A stretch of DNA of 63,458 bases, counting the filler, from Trichomonas gallinae (lineage: Eukaryota): assembly GCA_008369845.1 (NCBI GenBank). It is 6 parts of 6 records of this genome, joined end to end, with 100 filler letters (N's around TTAATTAATTAA, not from the genome) between each part and the next. Parts side by side here need not be neighbours in the genome. Positions count along the whole stretch, not along the records: positions 52,864 to 57,018 come from MRSU01000339.1; positions 57,119 to 63,458 come from MRSU01000347.1; 4 more parts are not named here. One strand, 5' to 3'. Numbering within the stretch: the first letter of the stretch is position 1; each line of letters begins with the position of its first letter. Below the pieces are notes generated by a model. The model saw only the letters and a list, made by a program, of their open reading frames with translations. It was not told the origin of the DNA and searched no databases. Shown in pieces: positions 56,457 through 63,458 of this stretch. The position numbers and the translations under genes were made by a program.

Positions 56457-57018
56457 CTTTAGAAAAAAAAATGTTCGTTATTTCAGTAATTTTGACATAT
56501 TAAGTTTACGTGGCAAAAATCACTATTGATTAGATTAAAATTATAACCATTCTATTTATTCCCAGTATTATTTATTTTTGTCTTATTTTCAAATAAATCA
56601 TGATTTTCAAAATTGATCAAATATTTTTTTTCTATAATTTCATGTCTCAATATGGGGATTCTGTTATCACTTGAAATCTGAAACTATTCCAAATAGTCCC
56701 TATAACATTATCATCAAATATTGACATAATGAATTGTTAATAAGGATTTACATGCTATATTTCATCAATTACTATCCAACTCATTAAGTTGATAGTATTA
56801 TCTTGCATGGCACAATGTAAATTAAAAAAAATAGCACAATTCATTGTTTATATTTAATCTATAGACTATTTGATATTCAGTATGACTTAGCTATTTGATT
56901 CAATAATCATTCTAAGTAGAATGCTTGATTTATTAAAATCAAAGGGTTTCCGACTCATAACCTTATTCGAAAATTTCGCTCCCGAGTTAATTCAAGTTAA
57001 TCTATTAGATTGTTTAAT

Positions 57019-57118
57019 NNNNNNNNNNNNNNNNNNNNNNNNNNNNNNNNNNNNNNNNNNNNTTAATTAATTAANNNNNNNNNNNNNNNNNNNNNNNNNN
57101 NNNNNNNNNNNNNNNNNN
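57019..57118. other. Artificial contig linker
   Basis: N44-TTAATTAATTAA-N44. Confidence 0.98.
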
Positions 57119-57416
57119 TCTTCCTCTTTATGAGGATTGCAGTCCTCAAACATCTGTTTTAACGCTAATATATCAACTCCAAAGTTTTCCATGAATTTTA
57201 AAACGTACACTAAAATACAGGGGTCGAAAAATTTTAATAGGGGGTTGATTTCTTTCTTTTGATTTTATAAAGCAAAGAATGGAAAAAGCTTATTTAGATT
57301 AATGGCTTTTCTTTTAATTTGATCATCTGCTTATGCCTGGAATAGCAAATCTTCATTTATTTCATTACATCGCAAAATAAGAAAGATGATATTCATAACG
57401 AAAAATTTGTCAAGAA

Positions 57417-57504
57417 ATATTTGTCATGTAAAGTCAGATTTTTAAATATTATTCAGAAATATTTGTCATGTAAATAATTCATCAGCATATATTTGTCATG
57501 TAAA
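57417..57504 (+). repeat. Three exact copies of ATATTTGTCATGTAAA upstream of the 57542 gene
   Basis: Copies at 57417-57432, 57459-57474 and 57489-57504. Confidence 0.85.
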
Positions 57505-57541
57505 GTTAGATTTTGGTGCACGTTTAATATTAAGAAATCGA

Positions 57542-58990
57542 ATGAGTCACAAAGTTGCTATTTCTAATCTCCTCAAGGAAAACGAAATAAAAACTGTGAC
57601 TGCGGACCTTAATTCATATTATCACAATATAGAAATCATTTTAAATCCATCAGAAGCAGATTTATATATTGTTCCACTGAATCAAATGATAAGTGTGATG
57701 AAACCAAAATGTCTTACGATTACACCATTGGCTCTAAAACAATCTATTGAGAAAAATATCAATTTCTTCACTGAAAAATTCAACTCGAAAAAAATTATTA
57801 ACTTCTATTTGCAGAATATGCGTGTAAAACTTCTTATAGAAGATGTAAATCTAGGAAGACGTGTCAGAAACAAAGTATTAGAAATGCAGGGAATAATTGT
57901 TGATTCAAATCCTGATATACTCATTTCTGCACAAAAAATCACAACAAAAAACTTCCCTACTGTACCAATTGATTGGGTTGAAGCGCAATTTGTATCAAAT
58001 GCATTTATTGATCCAGATTCTTACAACAAATCAACGAGTAGGAAACTAAAGAAGCCAAATGCAAAGAAGACTCCAGTAGCTTACGCAAAAATGCTCTCAA
58101 CGCAGACAGATGGAGTTCAAGCTATAATGCAAATGAGTGAAAACACTCCGCCGATCGAAAACTTTTTCAGAAAATCACAAGTACAAATAAGGCAACAAGA
58201 GAAAGAAGAGCAGCTCATCAGAGAGATAATGAAGAAGCAGCCCACGCAAAAAGCAGCAAAAACAACACCAAAAATAGAAGATTCTATTTTCCCTGTTCCT
58301 CCTGCTGATGTTTTCGATGAACTTCTCGAAGAAGACAGGAAAGAGAGAGAAAATATCCACAAAGAACGTTTAACTGAAGCGATTGATCCAAAAGAAAATA
58401 CAACGCATACTCCTCCAGTCCAAGAGAAAAAGAAAAACTCACAGACACCACCAGAAGTAAATATCCCTATTCCTGTCGTTCCAGGAGCTAGCATTGGCGA
58501 CTGGTTGATCGAGGACAGCGAAAGCTCTAGTGATTGCGAAGATGAAGACATAGAAAAGCATTTAAACGAGACCAAAACTAAAGTTCAGCCATTCCTTGTC
58601 AGCCCTAAGAAGTCTCCGAAGAGAATTAGGCCGAGATCACAATTCGATATGAGTTCTGAGAGTGATATTGATTCGCCAATCAAAAAAGCCATCGCTCCAC
58701 CTCCTCTTCCGAAGAAATCTGTCCTCAATTCGCCAATTCGCAAGGCATGTTCTCAAACATCGCCGAATTTCAAGAGAGTTTGCCAGAGCATTATGTCTAT
58801 GAAGCCAGCTCACATCAATGAATCTCATAATCAGCCAGGACCGACTCTAGAAGAAACAATACAGTTTACGCAAAGATCACAGCTTTCTCAGCAAGAGCTG
58901 GACAACATTAACTATGGAAACCCTGAACTTAGTCAGGTACCCATGGTTAGTCCAACAAGAGATCCGTTAATGCTTGCGTTATTAGATTGA
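57542..58990 (+). CDS. Probable BRCT-domain protein with SP/TP-rich disordered tail
   Basis: KVLEMQGIIV...DILIS...FPTVPIDWVEAQF...IDPDSY fits the BRCT pattern; many SP/TP and SQ/TQ motifs lie C-terminally. Confidence 0.55.
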   Translation: MSHKVAISNLLKENEIKTVTADLNSYYHNIEIILNPSEADLYIVPLNQMISVMKPKCLTITPLALKQSIEKNINFFTEKFNSKKIINFYLQNMRVKLLIEDVNLGRRVRNKVLEMQGIIVDSNPDILISAQKITTKNFPTVPIDWVEAQFVSNAFIDPDSYNKSTSRKLKKPNAKKTPVAYAKMLSTQTDGVQAIMQMSENTPPIENFFRKSQVQIRQQEKEEQLIREIMKKQPTQKAAKTTPKIEDSIFPVPPADVFDELLEEDRKERENIHKERLTEAIDPKENTTHTPPVQEKKKNSQTPPEVNIPIPVVPGASIGDWLIEDSESSSDCEDEDIEKHLNETKTKVQPFLVSPKKSPKRIRPRSQFDMSSESDIDSPIKKAIAPPPLPKKSVLNSPIRKACSQTSPNFKRVCQSIMSMKPAHINESHNQPGPTLEETIQFTQRSQLSQQELDNINYGNPELSQVPMVSPTRDPLMLALLD

Positions 58991-59485
58991 AATAATTTTT
59001 TAATTGTTTGTATTATTAAAAGTAGTTATGTTTTAAATTCACCACGTATTATAGTGTATACTCCATTATTTGTTTTCCTCATATCTTCATTTTAAAATCA
59101 AGAAAATTTCTAAAATTGGAAAAAATCAATGGAAAAATCTACAATATTATTTACGTTTAGACTATATCTTATCTAGAACTGATATTAAAAAGATGGGATT
59201 CAAGGTTGATTGCATTAGCAGAATAGATCCATGGGTTAAGCAGAATGGATATGCAAAGAATAGGATTGATATCAAATTCATTACACTTATTAATTGATTT
59301 CTAGCATATTTGTATCCAAAAATTTTGCGCTTGTTAATCTAGTGTTGCAGTATATGCACTAGTTCATGCAATTTGTTCAAATTCAAATTATTTATTTTTG
59401 ATATTTTGTTTTAAATATTTAAACGTATTATAAATATAAAAACCATTTAAATTATCGTATAACTTACCGAGAGGGAATAGTGATT

Positions 59486-59974
59486 TTAATAGGACTTTGA
59501 TGGGTTCATGATCTCCATGAAGTCATCAAGAGAGATGTAATCCTTGCCTTCCTGGGCGAACTCGGAAATCATCTCCTGTATTGTCTTTGGATCGATGCTG
59601 AGACCTGTTGTCCTAATAATGGATGTTAAGTCGTTAACATCAATCTTTCTATCACCATTAGCATCGAATAATGTGAAGGATTTCTTAATCTCCTCCTTTG
59701 GATTTCTCTTAGCCATCAAAGAGGCGATAGCCTTTGTGAAATTCTCCCTGTTTAACTCCTGGCCCTGTGGATCGTATTCCTCGAGGATGGCCATAACATC
59801 TTGCTTTGGAAGATCGAATCCCATAGCCTTGAGGGCAACACGAAGTTCATGGCGGTCAATTGTGCCGGATTTGTTTGAATCGAATTTCTCGAAGGCTGCA
59901 TCAATCTCCTGCTGTTGGAGTGGTGTAAGATTTGGCTTCGAGGATTTAGAAGATCTGCTACGTCTTGATGACAT
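59486..59974 (-). CDS. Centrin (EF-hand protein)
   Basis: LT..QQQEI..AF..FDSNKSGTIDRHELRVALKAMGF and EEIKKSFTLFDANGDRKID. Confidence 0.9.
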   Translation of the reverse strand: MSSRRSRSSKSSKPNLTPLQQQEIDAAFEKFDSNKSGTIDRHELRVALKAMGFDLPKQDVMAILEEYDPQGQELNRENFTKAIASLMAKRNPKEEIKKSFTLFDANGDRKIDVNDLTSIIRTTGLSIDPKTIQEMISEFAQEGKDYISLDDFMEIMNPSKSY

Positions 59975-60681
59975 TATTTAAACTGACCGTTACTGTACGA
60001 TAGGTTGTAAGAAAACGCTTTTTTTTTTCGAAAAAAAGTATTACATTTTTCTAGTTTTTGCTCAACATTTATAACATTTTATTGATAATTTTCACTTTTT
60101 GTAATATAAATATGGTATAATATCTAATCTTTTTTTTATTTGAATAATTATCAACATTTTTGGTGACTAAGTCTAAGTAAAATAGACTTCAATCGAGCAA
60201 AGCTATGTAATGTATTGTTCTTTTTTATTATATTAAAATTTATTTTCCAAATTTAGTTTTTTGGACATTTTGCTGTTGAATATTTGTTAAACTAAAATAG
60301 AAGAATTTAGTTTTATACTCTAGACTTTTGAAGATTTAATTTTCACTTTAAAATCGTTAATTTTTCATAAAAAAAGTCCATAAATTAAAGGACAATTAGA
60401 AAATAAATCAGAATTTAATTTATTTTTCGATATAGAATGTAATGATTTATTATTGAAATTTTACATGTCAAAAATATTAAATTACATAAAAACTTGTTTA
60501 ATATAAAGATAATTTTATTTACAATTCAATTATGGAATTATTTCATTTCGTCGTTAAGAATTTTACATGTCAAAAAATATAAATTCAAAATAATGTGAAA
60601 AATGGAATGCATATAATGATATTGCTATGAAATTTTGTTTTTGAAAAAAAGTTAATTTGTAAACTTGCCTAAAAAAATTAA

Positions 60682-61359
60682 ATGACAGAGACTCCTCAAC
60701 AAACTCAACCGGACAAGCCAACAGTCATTGGCAAGATTGACGACGGCTTCCTTGATATCTCTGATCACAACCTTTCGTCCCTAGCGTGTTTGGGAGTCCA
60801 ACCATCACTTCAAATCTTATGGTGCGCTAACAATAAACTTACGTCATTCAAAACACTCAAACCACAACCAAATCTCAAATGTATTTTTGCCTCAAATAAC
60901 CCAATTGAGTTTCTCGATGGTTTATCTAATCAGCCTAAATTGGAGTCATTAGATTTATCCGAAACACCAATTTCCGCACAAAAGAGATGGAGACTGAAGG
61001 TTCTAGCTACATGTCAGAATCTTATTACACTCAACGGTGAGGAAGTTACTGAACGTGAGAAAAAGAGAGCAAAGAAAATCTTACAAGCTTACCCAGATAT
61101 GCAGTTTATCTCAGACGCTGAAAAGCAGAAACAAATGCTCGATGGAGAAAGCCAATTGCGCCAATATAATATGTATGTTAAACATCACTCAGATGATCTC
61201 CGTAAATTTGCAAGAAATGAAGCAGAGTTATGGGATCTTCAGAATAATGGCCAAAGGCCTGAAATTTGCGAATTTTCGACAGATGACGAGATTAAAACAG
61301 CAATCATCAAACTTCGCCATCGTAACCAAAAGATTGCTACTACTTTCTTCAAAAAGTAA
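60682..61359 (+). CDS. Short SDS22-type leucine-rich repeat protein
   Basis: LDISDHNLSSL, LWCANNKLTSF, IFASNNPIEFL and LDLSETPI, then an LRRcap-like LITLNGEEVTERE. Confidence 0.85.
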   Translation: MTETPQQTQPDKPTVIGKIDDGFLDISDHNLSSLACLGVQPSLQILWCANNKLTSFKTLKPQPNLKCIFASNNPIEFLDGLSNQPKLESLDLSETPISAQKRWRLKVLATCQNLITLNGEEVTEREKKRAKKILQAYPDMQFISDAEKQKQMLDGESQLRQYNMYVKHHSDDLRKFARNEAELWDLQNNGQRPEICEFSTDDEIKTAIIKLRHRNQKIATTFFKK

Positions 61360-61562
61360 GTAACATTTTGTTTAATTTCTTTTTGTATTTGTCATATATT
61401 CTAAAACCTATTTTCTTTATATTTTAGTCTTTATTCTACATAGGAAAACTAATGTTTTGTTGTTTTTATCTTTATTCTTGTAGAAATTACAAGAAAAATT
61501 AAACATATTTTAGAAACTCACATATTTATTACAGTATATAGAAACAAAAAGATAAAAAAGGC

Positions 61563-62324
61563 TTATTGGCCTTTATTTCTGAACTTCTCTTGCGTTAGAT
61601 TTCCTGCAAAATGCTCTTGCATTGCTTTATAGTAAGATAAGAGCGTCACGTAAGAGTCAGAACCAGCTTGGTGCGTTGGACCGTATCTATGGACATTTAG
61701 CTCGTTTGCAACATCTTGAAGAGATCCGACTTGATCTGAAATTGTTCCGATGATATATCTCAAGTCGTAATAGTTAGGGAAGTATAATTTCACGACTTTG
61801 GCGAAATCTGCCTCGGATTTAGGCATTGGTTGTGCCGATACAAGTTTTACAAGATACGCAATATCGTACCCGCATTGAAAAGTAATCCAATTGATTTTGT
61901 CATTCATAACAAGTCCACTGGCGTAGAATAGAGGAACAAAATCGTAAATATCAATTCCGTCCTCAAGAATTTTGTTGAAATCAATGCCAGATTGGCGCAG
62001 CAAGCTGATAGATTCAGCTGCTTGTATATCAGAATTTACATCAAACTTGAAATTAAATTGCCAAGTACAAATCGGTTGTGGCCTGTTGCCCTTATCATCA
62101 CCCAATGTGATACCTATTTGAATTAGCTTGAGTAGGTTGACATTCTGTTGTTCAGCATGATATTTGATATCTTCTGGCGTATTATTGTATGTTTTAACAA
62201 TAAAACCCGAAAACTCTGTATCCATGCCGATAAATCTGTATGTCTCGACTAATTTTGATATTTTCGTTAGTTCTTCTTCAACATTATCTGCCCAAACATC
62301 AATAACTTCGTCAACGGGTTTCAT
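61563..62324 (-). CDS. CAF1: CCR4-NOT deadenylase subunit CAF1/POP2
   Basis: DVWADN, MDTEF, NVNLLKLIQIG, WQFNF, GYD and HQAGSDS (DEDDh nuclease). Confidence 0.95.
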   Translation of the reverse strand: MKPVDEVIDVWADNVEEELTKISKLVETYRFIGMDTEFSGFIVKTYNNTPEDIKYHAEQQNVNLLKLIQIGITLGDDKGNRPQPICTWQFNFKFDVNSDIQAAESISLLRQSGIDFNKILEDGIDIYDFVPLFYASGLVMNDKINWITFQCGYDIAYLVKLVSAQPMPKSEADFAKVVKLYFPNYYDLRYIIGTISDQVGSLQDVANELNVHRYGPTHQAGSDSYVTLLSYYKAMQEHFAGNLTQEKFRNKGQ

Positions 62325-62489
62325 TATTGTCAGTTTTTAAATCCGTCACATTTTTATATATGTCACTTTTAAGTTTGTAAAATTTTGTCACTTTTAGATG
62401 TGTCAAATTTTGCCAGCTGTCACTTTTAATTTATATGTAAAATATTGTCACTTTTATCTAAGTCGATTTTCCGTCACCTTTTTCTTAAC
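62325..62489. promoter_or_regulatory. 165-nt bidirectional promoter with 4 exact GTCACTTT (AAAGTGAC) motifs
   Basis: Exact copies at 62362, 62387, 62419 and 62447, near-copies at 62345 and 62473, between divergent ATGs. Confidence 0.7.
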
Positions 62490-63203
62490 ATGGAGTACAA
62501 AGGCGATGTAGAAAGCGGTTATCTTGTCCACATTTTCACGGGATCACAGAGCCCCTGCGAAGTGTCAGTTCTGAGAAAAATATGCATGAAATATGGACTA
62601 ACACAGTGGGATCTGATGCAAGGATATCTTCCATGGAGACAAAGATCAGCACTTAGAGCAACAATTTGCCGATTAATCAAGAAGCAAGCTATATCCGAAT
62701 ATGATAACATACGTGCAGACCCATTTGCCATCCAAAAAGATAACGAAGAATTAATCAACAATCCTGAGAAATTAAAAGAATCAGGATACATATTCAAAGG
62801 AGGCTTACTTGTCAGCACAAAATGGGATCGTGCGAACTCCGAATGGGAAAGGGCACGCCAAGAAAATACGCAAAAATATGAAATATCAAAAGAACAAGCC
62901 GAAAAAATCAACATACCGTCCATCATATCCATAGATTACATGCGGCAGCAGTGCTTCAAGCGCCGCCAGTCTCTCCTTTTATATCGCGCGGCTCTTTTAT
63001 CAGAGATCGCGAGAAGAGAGGGAAGAGATCCTGGCAATTTGGGCGTTGATGAAATACAAATAAGATCTGGCTGCGATGTGGTTATTCCAAAGGCAAGTAC
63101 AAAACTAGAAACAGACACTGCTGTTGATGATATATTTTTCTATCCTGGAGAAGAAAGTTCATACATGGGTAGTTCTGAATCGAGGCCAACAAATCCATTA
63201 TGA
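62490..63203 (+). CDS. Myb/homeobox-like HTH protein resembling the p1 (AMTP1) subunit of the MTA1c/AMT1 DNA N6-adenine methyltransferase complex
   Basis: EVSVLRKICMKYGLTQW...LP...LRATICRLIKKQAISEY...DP..I...N...KGGLLV...RQEN..KYEISKEQAEKINIP follows the remembered p1 pattern. ATG at 62490. Confidence 0.6.
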   Translation: MEYKGDVESGYLVHIFTGSQSPCEVSVLRKICMKYGLTQWDLMQGYLPWRQRSALRATICRLIKKQAISEYDNIRADPFAIQKDNEELINNPEKLKESGYIFKGGLLVSTKWDRANSEWERARQENTQKYEISKEQAEKINIPSIISIDYMRQQCFKRRQSLLLYRAALLSEIARREGRDPGNLGVDEIQIRSGCDVVIPKASTKLETDTAVDDIFFYPGEESSYMGSSESRPTNPL

Positions 63204-63386
63204 GTAGACCTATATGGATAGTTTAGCGACAATATTATTATATATATATGATCATTAATTGTTTATAATTAAAAATTATATATGGATATAGCCTAAATGT
63301 TTTATATCAAATCTCTAAATAATCTATATTTACAAACGAGATGTCGAATTTTTATGATGGATTCCATTTAAACAATTAAAATGTAA

Positions 63387-63458
63387 GGTTTCGTAGCTCA
63401 GTAGGTAGAGCGTAGTGCTGATAACGCTAAGGTCTTGGGTTCGAGCCCCAGCGGAACC
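63387..63458 (+). tRNA. trnI-GAT: tRNA-Ile (anticodon GAT); discriminator beyond window end
   Basis: Acceptor GGTTTCG/CGGAACC, D arm GCTC/GAGC, anticodon arm TAGTG-CTGATAA-CGCTA and T arm TTGGG-TTCGAGC-CCCAG. Confidence 0.95.

Noticed and set aside
17460..57118. Five identical N-flanked TTAATTAATTAA elements that look like a dispersed repeat
   Set aside because: Artificial six-frame-stop scaffolding linkers; ORFs containing X runs and adjacency across them are artefacts.
57130..57150. Hairpin TGAGGA-TTGCAG-TCCTCA resembling a tRNA-Cys anticodon arm or GC-cluster repeat
   Set aside because: No D arm, T arm or acceptor stem, and the loop size is wrong; too short to classify.
1..63458. Prokaryotic systems (CRISPR arrays, operons, defence islands) or intact transposons such as Maverick or mariner
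   Set aside because: No repeat-spacer arrays, integrase, polB or transposase ORFs, or terminal inverted repeats were seen; gene content is eukaryotic.

Overview
AT-rich, gene-dense, apparently intron-less eukaryotic DNA, most consistent with a trichomonad (Parabasalia). This taxon is inferred from TCA[T/C]T initiator elements just upstream of ATGs, AAAGTGAC-type promoter motifs, BspA-like LRR remnants, expanded kinase and small-GTPase families and a bacterial-type metabolic gene. The window is six contigs joined by artificial 100-nt N/TTAATTAATTAA linkers, so gene order across linkers is not biological evidence. It holds about 30 protein-coding genes (including GAD, UCH, RPB6, ELF1, PKA-R, SLU7, RRP3/DDX47, HPC2/UBN-like, GALK, STT3, centrin, CAF1 and several kinases and GTPases), 3 pseudogene-like loci, 2 tRNA genes and a possible structured ncRNA end. 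Most notable: (1) both tRNAs carry G34 anticodons (Val-GAC, Ile-GAT) where eukaryotes normally use A34/I34; (2) an unannotated ORF resembles the p1 subunit of the MTA1c/AMT1 DNA 6mA methyltransferase complex; (3) a Ras and a Rab, both DTAGM, sit beside a probable PH plus tandem-RUN effector; (4) an E. coli GadB-like decarboxylase was probably acquired laterally; (5) a GTPase is interrupted by a single in-frame TGA; (6) several cis-motifs recur. Family calls come from motif recognition by eye; no searches were run.
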